DNA of 64,000 bases from Candidatus Hydrothermarchaeales archaeon. Its GTDB lineage: Archaea; Hydrothermarchaeota; Hydrothermarchaeia; Hydrothermarchaeales; JAZGAD01. Below the pieces are notes generated by a model, which was not told where the DNA came from, ran no database searches, and saw only the letters and a program-made list of their open reading frames with translations. Shown one piece after another: positions 48,992 through 59,091 of this stretch. Position 1 is the stretch's first letter; each line of letters begins with the position of its first letter. The position numbers and the translations under genes were made by a program. The DNA lies in NCBI GenBank assembly GCA_036444275.1, contig JAZGAD010000047.1, positions 6,125-70,124 on the forward strand. The letters are read 5' to 3'.

Positions 48992-49822
48992 CTACATCTC
49001 TCCTTCGAAGACAAACTCTACTGGACCCCGCAGTAACACCTTCTCTATCACCCCGTCTTTCTCCACAACCTCGACGAATAACTTTCCTCCCTTAGCATCA
49101 ATTGCAATAGGGCTATCGCTTTTAGCTTTGCCTAGAGCAACCGCCACTGCCGCGGAGGCCCCTATCCCGGTACCGCAGGCAAGAGTCTCGGCCTCTACAC
49201 CCCGCTCATAGGTCCTTATCTTGAACCTGTTTTCTCCTGCCGCCTGCAGGAAGTTCACATTAGTACCTTTTGGGAATAGCTCGCTCCCCCTTATCCTTCT
49301 TCCTATCCCGGAGACATCGATGTTATCTATATCCTCGTCCTCGGCAAATGCTACGACATGGGGCACACCTAGATTGACAGCTGAGACTAATATGCCTTCC
49401 ACTTCCTCGTTTAGAAACGTGCCATTCCCACTAGCGGGGATCTTTGCCCTATCAAATTCAGGCCTCCCGAGGTCCGCACCTACTTCTTTTCCGTTATCTA
49501 CAGTTACTTCTAGAGGGCCTGCTAGGGTCTCTATCACCATCCTCTCTTTAGCAACTATACTCTTATCGTATGCATATTTAGCCAAGCAGCGTATGCCGTT
49601 TCCACACATCTCAGCTTCACTGCCATCTGGATTGAAAATACGCATTTGAATGTCAGCTGTCGTGGAGGATTCAAGAAAGATAAGCCCATCCCCACCCACT
49701 CCAAATCTACGGTGGCACAGCCTCCTCGCTAATTCAGCCTTTTTATCCTGTGGGACTTGATCCAACAGTGAATTAATCAATATGAAATCATTTCCAGCGC
49801 CGTGATACTTGTAGAACCTCAT
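48992..49822 (-). CDS. dapF: diaminopimelate epimerase
   Basis: MRFYKYHGAGNDFILI plus two catalytic Cys motifs (GNGIRC, ACGTG). Confidence 0.9.
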   Translation of the reverse strand: MRFYKYHGAGNDFILINSLLDQVPQDKKAELARRLCHRRFGVGGDGLIFLESSTTADIQMRIFNPDGSEAEMCGNGIRCLAKYAYDKSIVAKERMVIETLAGPLEVTVDNGKEVGADLGRPEFDRAKIPASGNGTFLNEEVEGILVSAVNLGVPHVVAFAEDEDIDNIDVSGIGRRIRGSELFPKGTNVNFLQAAGENRFKIRTYERGVEAETLACGTGIGASAAVAVALGKAKSDSPIAIDAKGGKLFVEVVEKDGVIEKVLLRGPVEFVFEGEM

Positions 49823-50009
49823 GAGGTTGGATATCTTATTAGAGTATTAAAAATTTTGTGACCTCCGTATGTTCTGGAGTTAAATTAATCCCCCGTCTTC
49901 TTTTTCAACGATAATACCTTTCCATTGGCAGTGAGCTCAAAATCCACGAGAAGCTGCGGAAGGAACGATAAGGAGGGACTTTGGCACCGGCACTAGGAGA
50001 AAGGGTATA

Positions 50010-50144
50010 TCACCATTCATCGGATAAACATCTCTTGCAGAGCAAGACCTCGAGGTCTCCGCAGCCAGGGCAGTACAACTCCTCACATCTCTGACATTCG
50101 TATATCATGAGCGAATTCTGACCGCAGACATCGCAGGCTGTCAT
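50010..50144 (-). CDS. small (44 aa) double zinc-ribbon protein
   Basis: Hand translation gives MTACDVCGQNSLMIYECQRCEELYCPGCGDLEVLLCKRCLSDEW, with four CxxC pairs. Below the ORF-track cutoff. Confidence 0.4.
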   Translation of the reverse strand: MTACDVCGQNSLMIYECQRCEELYCPGCGDLEVLLCKRCLSDEW

Positions 50145-50228
50145 TTAGCATTCAATTTTTTGGATACCCTTTTTAAATCTTTCGCTCAAGCGACCAGCAC
50201 TAACACCCCAAAAGACAGATATCATTGT

Positions 50229-51152
50229 CTAAGGATTATCCGTTATTTCTCCTTTCAGATATCTCAGGGTCTTCTCTAAGCCTTTCTCGATGCTGACCTG
50301 CGCCTTCCAACCTAATTCCGCTTTCGCCCTAGAGGCATCGAGACTTATTCTCCTAACTTCTCCTGGAATCGGAGAGCCGAAGTCTGCCTCCATCTTTACA
50401 CCTAATATCTGTCTCATGGTCTCAAATATTTGGTTGACAGAGGTCTCTTTACCAGTGCCTATATTGTAGATCCCGTTCCCCTCTTCCATTGACAATAGAT
50501 TTGCCCTGGCAATATCTTCAACATAGACGAAGTCCCGGGTCTGCTCTCCGTCTCCAAAGATCGTCGGTTGCTCACTCCGGAGCATCTTGCCTCCGAAAAT
50601 TGCGATCACTCCGGCTTCGCCAAATGGGTCCTGCCTTGGACCGTAAACATTGCCGTATCTGAGGGAAACATAGCCCAAGCCATAGACATCACTATAAATC
50701 TGTAAATACTTCTCAACAGCGTATTTAGAGGCTCCATAGGGAGAAAGAGGATTTACCGGATGCTCTTCGTCTACAGGCAGGTACTGAGGCTCACCGTATA
50801 CAGCCCCACCACTAGAGGCATAGATGAACTTTTTCGCGTCTCGGCAACATTCCAATAGGTTCAGCGAACCGAGGATATTCACCTTAGCATCGAATACAGG
50901 ATCCTCCAACGATCTTCGTACCTGTGCCTGAGCGGCATGATGCACCACATATTCAATCCCCTCTTTCCGGACAAGTTCCTTAATCTCCTCGCTGGTGATA
51001 TCTACCTTGTAAAAGGTTGCCTCTTTGCTGACGTTTTCCAGTTTACCTGTAGAGAGGTTGTCTACTATTACGACGTCGTATTCTCTAGCAAGCAGTAAAT
51101 CAGCCACATGCGAGCCTATGAAGCCCGCTCCACCAGTAACGAGAACCTTCAT
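50229..51152 (-). CDS. NAD-dependent epimerase/dehydratase (GalE-like nucleotide-sugar epimerase)
   Basis: Rossmann TGGAGFIGSH and the catalytic YxxxK (YGASKYAVE). Confidence 0.85.
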   Translation of the reverse strand: MKVLVTGGAGFIGSHVADLLLAREYDVVIVDNLSTGKLENVSKEATFYKVDITSEEIKELVRKEGIEYVVHHAAQAQVRRSLEDPVFDAKVNILGSLNLLECCRDAKKFIYASSGGAVYGEPQYLPVDEEHPVNPLSPYGASKYAVEKYLQIYSDVYGLGYVSLRYGNVYGPRQDPFGEAGVIAIFGGKMLRSEQPTIFGDGEQTRDFVYVEDIARANLLSMEEGNGIYNIGTGKETSVNQIFETMRQILGVKMEADFGSPIPGEVRRISLDASRAKAELGWKAQVSIEKGLEKTLRYLKGEITDNP

Positions 51153-51191
51153 CTCAAAAATACCCTTTGGCTGTTTATGACATGCATTACC

Positions 51192-52211
51192 TTAAAAAAT
51201 CTCTTTATTCTCCTGGATCCAGTTCACCAGTCTCTCCACCCCCTCCTTAGGAGATACCTCTGGGCTCCAACCCAGCTTCTCTTTAGCCTTGGAGATGTCG
51301 GAGATATAAGCACGTTGATCACTGGGTCTCCAATCATCGAAGGACACATCAGCTTTCTTACCTGTGAACTCCTCCAACACGTTCAAGAGTTCTAATAATG
51401 ACAGTGTATTCTCAGGGCCCCCGCCCATGTTGAAGACGTCATGGCGTATCTTCTTTCTTCTTTGGATGAAGGCATCGAAGGCGGCTACTAAATCCGAAAC
51501 ATATAGGACATCTCGCACCTGGTTTCCGTCGCCATATATGGTTATAGGTTTGCCTGTGATAGTAGCTATAGCGAACCAGGACACCCAGCCTTGATCCGCT
51601 ATTCCAAACTGCCGCGTGCCGTATATGCAAGACATACGGAAGACCGCAGTATCCAAGCCATATAGGTGACCATAGTCCTGGACATATAGGTCTCCAGCTA
51701 GCTTGGAACAGCCATAAGGGGTATGCTCACATAAATCAATGGAATAATCTTCTGGTACGCCTTTCTCTCGCGTGAGCCCATATCGCCCATTCTTTTTCAC
51801 CACTAGCTCGTTTACATTCCCACCATAGACCTTGTTAGTCGAGCAATAGACAATTGCTGGATCACTCCCCGAATTCCTTGCAGCCTCTACGACATTGAAG
51901 GTGCCCAAAGCATTATCCCCGAAATCACCTCTAGGATTCTGGACTGAAAGAGTGACTGCTGTCTGGGCTGCAGCATGCACAATAACATCTACGTCTACTA
52001 ACCCTTCGAGATCCTCGACCCTACGGATATCCCCCTTAACTAGCTTTACACCCTGCTTTTCCCTAAGGTAATCCCAATTATACTTGGCTTTAGGCTCCAG
52101 GGAAACTCTAGATGCGTTATCCAGTGCTATGACCTCGTGCCCCTGATCTGCATAATATTCCACCACGTGCGAGCCTACAAACCCAGCGCCACCAGTAACA
52201 AGAAGCTTCAT
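51192..52211 (-). CDS. NAD-dependent epimerase/dehydratase (nucleotide-sugar 4,6-dehydratase/epimerase family)
   Basis: TGGAGFVGSH and YGCSKLAGD. Confidence 0.85.
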   Translation of the reverse strand: MKLLVTGGAGFVGSHVVEYYADQGHEVIALDNASRVSLEPKAKYNWDYLREKQGVKLVKGDIRRVEDLEGLVDVDVIVHAAAQTAVTLSVQNPRGDFGDNALGTFNVVEAARNSGSDPAIVYCSTNKVYGGNVNELVVKKNGRYGLTREKGVPEDYSIDLCEHTPYGCSKLAGDLYVQDYGHLYGLDTAVFRMSCIYGTRQFGIADQGWVSWFAIATITGKPITIYGDGNQVRDVLYVSDLVAAFDAFIQRRKKIRHDVFNMGGGPENTLSLLELLNVLEEFTGKKADVSFDDWRPSDQRAYISDISKAKEKLGWSPEVSPKEGVERLVNWIQENKEIF

Positions 52212-52217
52212 ACCTAC

Positions 52218-53333
52218 CTAACCTCCTATCAACTTCCGCTTCTCCAATTCAGCCTGTGCCTTCTCGAAGAGATCCTCTACCTCATCCGCAGATTGGGCAT
52301 TGACCCATTGCACCAGCTTTTGCATGCCATCACGAAACTCGGTTTCTGGTTTATAGCCAAGCCTCTTGATCCTAGAGATGTCGGCATAGCAGTGCCGGAT
52401 GTCACCCTCTCTGAACTTATTAACGATCACCGGTGAAAGGTCCTTTCCATATAGGCTTATGAGGACATCGGCAATCTCACTTATGTTCACCGGTTTGCCT
52501 GTCCCAACGTTGAATGCCTGGTAATCTGCATTCCTCTTCAAGGCTAGGATATTAGCCTGGACTATATCGTGCACCGATACGAAGTCTCTACTCTGTAGAC
52601 CATCCTCGTAGATAACCGGGGGGTGATTGTTCCTTATTCGCGAGGAGAAAATAGCACACACACCCGTGTAAGGGTTCGACAGGGCCTGCCTCGACCCATA
52701 GACGTTGAAATATCGAAGTGCCACAGTTGGTATACCATAGGCTTCGCCCACGACGAGGCACATCTCCTCCTGGTCTCTCTTGGTTATAGCATATATGGAG
52801 GTTGGGTGTAGGGGTTTATTCTCGTCTGTCGCAAGGGGTATCGCTTCTCTGCCGCAGGAAGGACACTTCATCTCCCATTCCCCAGCCTTGAGTTGCTCCT
52901 TGGATCGCAGCTTAGGATATACTATACCGCATTCATCACACTCGTATTTGCCCTCGCCATAGATGCTCATGGAAGAGGCGACGATGAGCTTCTTAACATC
53001 ATGCTCCTCATTGACGAGTATCTGCAGGAGCTTGGAAGTAGCGTAAGTGTTATCATTGACATAACTCTGGATCTGGTACATGCTTTGTCCCACTCCTACT
53101 GCAGAGGCTTCATGAAAGATGATTTCGCTTTCCATTACTAGGTCTTTTAATCCTTCATCGCCTACATCGCCCTTGATGAATTTCGCATTTTCATTTAGGT
53201 ACGACGGTAGCCCCCTATGCACTTGTGGATTCAGATTATCCAAGATGGTTACTTCGTTATTCTTCACCAATTCATCTACTAAATGCGAGCCTATGAATCC
53301 AGCTCCACCAGTAACCAATACCTTGTAGCTCAT
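52218..53333 (-). CDS. NAD-dependent epimerase/dehydratase with an inserted zinc-ribbon
   Basis: TGGAGFIGSH, YATSKLLQE, and a CDECG...CPSCG insert between the catalytic and substrate-binding regions. Confidence 0.8.
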   Translation of the reverse strand: MSYKVLVTGGAGFIGSHLVDELVKNNEVTILDNLNPQVHRGLPSYLNENAKFIKGDVGDEGLKDLVMESEIIFHEASAVGVGQSMYQIQSYVNDNTYATSKLLQILVNEEHDVKKLIVASSMSIYGEGKYECDECGIVYPKLRSKEQLKAGEWEMKCPSCGREAIPLATDENKPLHPTSIYAITKRDQEEMCLVVGEAYGIPTVALRYFNVYGSRQALSNPYTGVCAIFSSRIRNNHPPVIYEDGLQSRDFVSVHDIVQANILALKRNADYQAFNVGTGKPVNISEIADVLISLYGKDLSPVIVNKFREGDIRHCYADISRIKRLGYKPETEFRDGMQKLVQWVNAQSADEVEDLFEKAQAELEKRKLIGG

Positions 53334-53483
53334 ACCAGTTCCTTCTGACCTTGAGACCTATGTGTTTCAGAGACTAGGATACTTAAATTTTGCCTCCACT
53401 TCACTTGCTACTCACGTCCAAAAAGATTTAAATATTTGAAGTATATTTTTGAAGTTATAACAGAGTAACTGTGAGGTGTTGAT

Positions 53484-53813
53484 TTGGCAAACGTTTGGTT
53501 GATAGCAGATTTTGTGTTGATAGCACTCTCCATAGTCTTTGGGCTGCAAGCGATTGTCAAGTTCAAAAACAGCGACATAAATAGTGTGTTTAAAACGCTC
53601 AATAATAAAAAAAGACATAAAACGAGCCTTCTTTATTCAACGATATTTCTGGGCATAACCTTCGTCGCTATTGGTATAATCCAGGGTTTCAGATATGTTA
53701 TGGAGATCGAAGTCGCATTCCGGGATTTAATCTTTACCTTATTCTATCTATCCTTTTTAGCGATAACCTACTCTTGGTATGCACTGCTCAAGGAAGTACC
53801 GGCAACCAACTGA
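53484..53813 (+). CDS. small hypothetical membrane protein
   Basis: 109 aa with 3 predicted TM helices and no motif. Confidence 0.4.
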   Translation: MANVWLIADFVLIALSIVFGLQAIVKFKNSDINSVFKTLNNKKRHKTSLLYSTIFLGITFVAIGIIQGFRYVMEIEVAFRDLIFTLFYLSFLAITYSWYALLKEVPATN

Positions 53814-54159
53814 CTTCTATTACTTATTCTTTTATCATAGCCGTCTGAAAAGCTGGAGAAATAGAGGGGATTTACAATACACTATATAGATGTACAATGT
53901 AATATAGAAAATATCAGCCTCCGCCCTCAACCCAGACCATAAAAGGTGGCATACACCATCAGGAAGAAGGAGGATACGACGAAGAGGAGGGCAATCTGTA
54001 GAAAGTGTTCATGGTGCCTACTCATGAAGTAATGGACCCTATTGGGCATATAATACCGGTAGGCAGTATTTCTAAACATCTTTATCAATACAAAGTCAGC
54101 ACTGAGAATATTAAGAATATGGTTTACATATTTGCTTTAAATTGATACACAGGGATTGT

Positions 54160-55431
54160 TCACTGATTTTTCTGCAGTTGCTCCAAGACCTCTCTGGCTC
54201 GATCAATGCGCACCTTTTTTTCCCGCAGCAGCACCTCTGCGACTTCATCAATAAGTTCTTCCTCGGCTCCAGCCATAACCGCTATATTCCTAGCATGAAG
54301 CGCCATGTGCCCCTTCTGTATCCCTTCTGTTGCAAGAACACGGAGAGCAGCTAGGTTCTGGGCTAGGCCGACTGACGCCATTACCTCTGCCAACTCCACT
54401 GCTGATTTCACCCCCAGAATCTTAATATTCGCTTTTGCAACCGGGTGAACTGCTGTAGCTCCACCTACCAGACCTACTGCTATGGGAAGCTCTATTTTGG
54501 CTAATATATCTCCATCAGCGTTCTTTTCATAGGTGGTAAGCGGGCTGTATCCACCCTTTATGGCGGCATATGCATGGGCTCCAGATTCTAGGGCACGAGT
54601 GTCATTTCCAGTCGCCAGCACCACAGCAGTGATGCCGTTCATTATCCCTTTGTTATGAGTGGCGCATCTGTAGGGATCAGATGCAGCGAGGGCATATGCA
54701 GTGAGGATGGCATCTACTACTTCCCTACCCCCTAATGCTTCCTTGGAGAATGTTGCTTCTGCTTTTGCTAGGCGGTGGACCGCTAGGTTCGATATGATTC
54801 TCAGATAGACCTTCCCCCCTGTCAACTCCTCAACATATGGTGCAACTGCTTCTGCCATGGTGTTTACGACATTAGCCCCCATAGCGTCTCTGCAGTCTAC
54901 AAGGAGGTGTAACACCAGCATTGGGCCAAGTGCTGTCTGCAGTTCTCTGATCTCAAGGTCCTTGGCTCCACCCCCCAGTTTTACAAGTAAGGGGTCCTGC
55001 TGGTTCGCTATCTCAATTATCCCTTCTTTGCTGGCTAGAACTGCATCTTTCGCCCTAGTAAGGTCTTTAAGACCGGATATCTGGATCTGGCCTATCATCA
55101 CAGGTTCTGTACTGCTGGCTGTAAACCCGCCCTTGTCTCTTGCCATCTTTGCTGCGTTGCTAGCTGCTGCTATCACCGAGGGTTCTTCTATGGCCATAGG
55201 CACGAGGTATTCCTTGCCGTTGATCAGGAAATTAGTGGCCACGCCTAAGGGCACCTCCATGGTACCAACGGCATTCTCCACCATCCTGTTTACCTGCTCT
55301 ATCGTGAGTGCACCTGTACTCTCTATGGCTGCTGCTTCTTCATCTGTCAGACCGGCAAATTCCTTCACAAACTTTAGCCGTTCCCCAGGGCTGATTTTAT
55401 AGAAGCCTGGTATGCGCGAACTCCTAACCAT
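54160..55431 (-). CDS. hmgA: 3-hydroxy-3-methylglutaryl-CoA reductase (class I)
   Basis: HMGR class I motifs ([33 protein letters not shown]). The likely start is [12 protein letters not shown] at 55431; the ORF is open to 55506. Confidence 0.9.
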   Translation of the reverse strand: MVRSSRIPGFYKISPGERLKFVKEFAGLTDEEAAAIESTGALTIEQVNRMVENAVGTMEVPLGVATNFLINGKEYLVPMAIEEPSVIAAASNAAKMARDKGGFTASSTEPVMIGQIQISGLKDLTRAKDAVLASKEGIIEIANQQDPLLVKLGGGAKDLEIRELQTALGPMLVLHLLVDCRDAMGANVVNTMAEAVAPYVEELTGGKVYLRIISNLAVHRLAKAEATFSKEALGGREVVDAILTAYALAASDPYRCATHNKGIMNGITAVVLATGNDTRALESGAHAYAAIKGGYSPLTTYEKNADGDILAKIELPIAVGLVGGATAVHPVAKANIKILGVKSAVELAEVMASVGLAQNLAALRVLATEGIQKGHMALHARNIAVMAGAEEELIDEVAEVLLREKKVRIDRAREVLEQLQKNQ

Positions 55432-55512
55432 ATTTTTATTAAATAACGGAAAGCATATAATAATCTTGTGAAACTGATTGGTGTCCCCTCCTGTGCTTCT
55501 GTCCAATCCAAA

Positions 55513-56820
55513 CTACTTTTTCAGCCTCTCTGGTACTCTCTGCTTGGCTAACAAGTCATCAAGAGTTTCTCTCTCCCTTATTAACTCGTATTCGCCTTTG
55601 CAGACTAAAATCTCGGCAGGCCTAGGCCTTAGATTGTACTGTGAGGCCATTGCAATACAGTATGCACCGGCATCCAAAAACGCGAGTATATCACCCTCCT
55701 CAACCTTAGGCAACTTCCTATCTCTTGCTAGGATATCCCCTGTTTCGCAGACATCACCTGCTATGTCGACCGCTTCTTCACCTCCAGCTTTCATCTTATT
55801 CGCCACTATCACCTCGTGGTATGCATTATACAGGAACGGCCTTGGAAAGACACTGAACCCAGCGTCCACGCCTATGAACTTCTTATAGGGTGTCTGCTTA
55901 ATCGTGCTCACTCTCGTCAGCATCACCGCTGAGTCGCCGACTATATACCTACCGGGCTCTAAGTAGAGCACAGGCTCCTTCAACCCATAGTCCTCGATCT
56001 TCTCTCGTAATATAGGGACCAGCGCCTCAGCTAAATCTCTCGGCGTAATATACTCCTTGCTTTCTTCGTACCGGATTCCTAGGCCCCCACCTAAGTCGAC
56101 GAACTCCAAGTCTAAGCCGAGTTCTTTTTTCAGGTTCCCAGCAATATCGAGGAGCTTTACAGTCGCCTCTTTGTAGGGCGATACCTCCGTGATCTGGGAG
56201 CCTATATGCATGTGAATCCCTAGAATTCTAAACCCAAGGTCCCGTGCCTCTTTGTATGCCTTTAGAGCTTCCTCTTCGTGAATCCCAAACTTGCTCTCCT
56301 TTAAACCGGTTGCAAGATGGGGATGGGTCTTTGGAGAGACCGAGGGATTTATTCTGAAGGAGACGCCAGCGTTCTTATTCTTCTTGGAACAAATCCTCTT
56401 GAGCCTTCGGAGTTCATGAAGCGCATCTATATTTATCGTAATCCCGGCGTCTACCGCCAGCTCCAACTCCTCGTCTGTCTTGTTATTCCCTGTGAAGATT
56501 ATTTGCCCGGGCTTTAACCCGACGAGCAGCGCAGTCTTGATGTCGCCGTAGGAGAGCGCATCTGCACCGGCGCCCTCTCGCCTGAGTATATGACAGACCG
56601 ATAGACTTGCATTGGCCTTGTAGGCATACCGGATCTCAACTTTCGGGTAGAGCGCCGTAAATGCGCCTAGAAACTCCTGGTAACGCTCTCTGATGCGTTC
56701 CTCATCAATAACGTAGAGAGGTGTTCCAAAGATACGTGCTAGCTCCAGGGTATCAATGCTGCCTATCGTTAAATTACCTTCCTTGTTCACCCCAAGGTGT
56801 GATCTGTAGTCGAGAATCAT
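55513..56820 (-). CDS. lysA: diaminopimelate decarboxylase
   Basis: Fold-III PLP decarboxylase with YAYKANASLSV and EPGRYIVG motifs. Overlaps dapL by 4 nt. Confidence 0.9.
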   Translation of the reverse strand: MILDYRSHLGVNKEGNLTIGSIDTLELARIFGTPLYVIDEERIRERYQEFLGAFTALYPKVEIRYAYKANASLSVCHILRREGAGADALSYGDIKTALLVGLKPGQIIFTGNNKTDEELELAVDAGITINIDALHELRRLKRICSKKNKNAGVSFRINPSVSPKTHPHLATGLKESKFGIHEEEALKAYKEARDLGFRILGIHMHIGSQITEVSPYKEATVKLLDIAGNLKKELGLDLEFVDLGGGLGIRYEESKEYITPRDLAEALVPILREKIEDYGLKEPVLYLEPGRYIVGDSAVMLTRVSTIKQTPYKKFIGVDAGFSVFPRPFLYNAYHEVIVANKMKAGGEEAVDIAGDVCETGDILARDRKLPKVEEGDILAFLDAGAYCIAMASQYNLRPRPAEILVCKGEYELIRERETLDDLLAKQRVPERLKK

Positions 56821-57962
56821 AGGACCCCCTCCAGTCTCTCCAATGCCTCCTTAATCCTCTCCACCGATTGGGTCAGAGAAAAGCGTATGTAGCCTTCTCC
56901 ATGCGCGCCGAAGCCCACGCCAGGAGTGCATACCACGTCAGCTTCGCCCAATAGCTTGTCAGCGAAGGCAATAGAGCTTCCTGGAACTTCCACCCAGAGA
57001 TAGAAAGTAGCCTTAGGTTTCTCACACTGCATTCCCAGTCTAATCAAACCGTCAACGAGGACGTCCCTCCGCTTCTGGTATACCCTAATGTTTTCTTGGA
57101 CACATTCCTGGGAAGAGGTCAGCGCCGTTACCCCTGCCTCCTGTATTATCTGAGATGCCCCTGAGTCTATGTTGGCCTTCACTCTTCCAAAAGCCTCAAT
57201 GAACTCTTCACTGCCTACAGCATAGGCAATCCGCCAGCCTGTCATATTATATGTCTTGGAGAGGGAGTCGAAGACTATACCTACTTCCCTAGAGTTCTTG
57301 ACCTCAAAAAGGGACACAGGATTATAGCCGAAAGCTATCTTGGAGTATGCTTCATCAGAGCATAGCACGATCTCATTATCGATTGCGAAGTCCACCACCT
57401 CCTTGTAGAATTCCATTCCAGCCACAGAGGCGGTAGGATTATTAGGATAGTTGATCCACATCAGCTTGGCCCTCCTAGCAACTTCCTTTGGTATAGCATT
57501 CAGATCTGGTAGGAAGGAGTTCTCTTTCAAAAGGGGCATAGCATGTGTCTCACCACCAGCGAACAATGCACCGGTCCTGTAGACAGGGTAGCCAGGGTCA
57601 GGGTAAAGCACCACGTCTCCAGGGTCGACGAAGGCGAAGTTGATGTTGTGAATCCCCTCCTTGGAGCCTATTAGGGTTAGGACTTCTCTCTCGGGGTCAA
57701 GCTCTACTCCGTAGTCCCTCTTATAGCGCTCTGCAACTGCCCTCCGAAACTTCAGCATGCCCTTATAGCTGGGATAACGGTGATTCTCAGGGTTATCAGC
57801 TGCCCCACAGCATGCCTCTACTATGTGTCTCGGAGTAGGCAGATCAGGGTCCCCAACACCGAGGTCTATTACGTCTTCCCCTCTTTCAAGCGTCTCCTCG
57901 ATCTTCCTGTCCAACTCAGCAAAGAGATACGGTGGAAGATCCCTAATCCTATGAGCAAACAT
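56817..57962 (-). CDS. dapL: LL-diaminopimelate aminotransferase-like class I aminotransferase
   Basis: Class I/II aminotransferase with the PLP lysine motif SLSKTYNMTGWRI, operonic with lysA. Confidence 0.8.
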   Translation of the reverse strand: MFAHRIRDLPPYLFAELDRKIEETLERGEDVIDLGVGDPDLPTPRHIVEACCGAADNPENHRYPSYKGMLKFRRAVAERYKRDYGVELDPEREVLTLIGSKEGIHNINFAFVDPGDVVLYPDPGYPVYRTGALFAGGETHAMPLLKENSFLPDLNAIPKEVARRAKLMWINYPNNPTASVAGMEFYKEVVDFAIDNEIVLCSDEAYSKIAFGYNPVSLFEVKNSREVGIVFDSLSKTYNMTGWRIAYAVGSEEFIEAFGRVKANIDSGASQIIQEAGVTALTSSQECVQENIRVYQKRRDVLVDGLIRLGMQCEKPKATFYLWVEVPGSSIAFADKLLGEADVVCTPGVGFGAHGEGYIRFSLTQSVERIKEALERLEGVL

Positions 57963-58023
57963 AAACTGGCTACTGGTTCCATAACTTAAATAAATTCCGT
58001 CAAAAAGAAAAACAGAATCTATT

Positions 58024-59091
58024 TTACGGCTCTAGCTCCTCTTGGTACTTTGCCTTCAGCTTCTTGTATACGCTCTCTCTGATCAGGCCTTTCTCATAGT
58101 TTTTGTCAAGCCTACTCAAAGTGGCCTTGATCGCTTTCCTCTTAGCATCCATGGGTGTAGGAGCAATGGTTTCGTCTCCGTAGGTCAGCTCCACTAACTC
58201 CTTCAAACCAGAGGCAGCCTTTGCTCCTCGCTCCTCCAGCGGCCTGCCCTTCCTAGCTACGCCTATCGGTGCCTTCGCTTTAGCTCTAGTGCTGGCGCTA
58301 GGTACTTCTACTCTTCTACCGAATCCAAAGATTCTTTTGATCCTTGTTATAAGCCTCTCCAATATCCCTGGGACGTACTTCACTCCCACGAGGGCAGCTG
58401 CCAGCCTCTTAAATTCCTTCGCAGCCGGCGAGTTAGGCTTGTTTAGCACCACTGGAGAGCCTACGGCTATACTCTCTCTAACATTGGGATCCTCAGGCAC
58501 CACTGCTATAACAGGGGCATCGAATACGAGTTCCACCTCCATAGGCGATAGCTCATACTTTTCCCCCCGTACCATGTTCAGGACCATGCCCCTTATGGGC
58601 ACGTTTGCCCTTGTAGCGGTTACTATTGCCTTCAATGCCTGTGTTATCGCCGGTATATCTAGGTTGGTTACGATGAGCACTTCGTCGCATAGATCTAAAG
58701 TGGGAACTATGTCCCTGCCCAATCCAGGAGGCGAGTCAACAAGGATGATTTCGTATTCCCCGCTCAATTCTTCCAAGAAGTCTCTAAGGCCCTCTAATTG
58801 TGCTTCTCCACCTACGGTTAAGGGAGAGGGAAGGACTTCCACCCCAGATACGTGTTGCTGCATCGCGGATTCAATAGGGATCTTCCTATCCAAGACCTCC
58901 TTAAGAGTCTTATCGAAACTATAAATCCCTAGGTGTAAGGCGAGATCCGGAGTAGTGGGATTACCGTCTATGAGGGCTACTCTCCTAGCGAATTCAGATG
59001 CCAATGCGGTTCCGACATTCGCAGCTGTTGTGGTCTTGCCTACACCCCCTTTTCCTGAGATTACCCCTATTACGTTCACTTCAGCCACCAA
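58024..59091 (-). CDS. MinD/ParA-family P-loop ATPase with a C-terminal extension
   Basis: Deviant Walker A ISGKGGVGKTTTAAN. Confidence 0.8.
   Translation of the reverse strand: MVAEVNVIGVISGKGGVGKTTTAANVGTALASEFARRVALIDGNPTTPDLALHLGIYSFDKTLKEVLDRKIPIESAMQQHVSGVEVLPSPLTVGGEAQLEGLRDFLEELSGEYEIILVDSPPGLGRDIVPTLDLCDEVLIVTNLDIPAITQALKAIVTATRANVPIRGMVLNMVRGEKYELSPMEVELVFDAPVIAVVPEDPNVRESIAVGSPVVLNKPNSPAAKEFKRLAAALVGVKYVPGILERLITRIKRIFGFGRRVEVPSASTRAKAKAPIGVARKGRPLEERGAKAASGLKELVELTYGDETIAPTPMDAKRKAIKATLSRLDKNYEKGLIRESVYKKLKAKYQEELEP

Noticed and set aside
54857-55402. 181-aa + strand ORF
   Set aside because: Antisense to HMG-CoA reductase. The Ala/Ser-rich composition is a shadow ORF.
58289-58924. 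211-aa + strand ORF
   Set aside because: Antisense to the MinD-like ATPase gene; shadow ORF.
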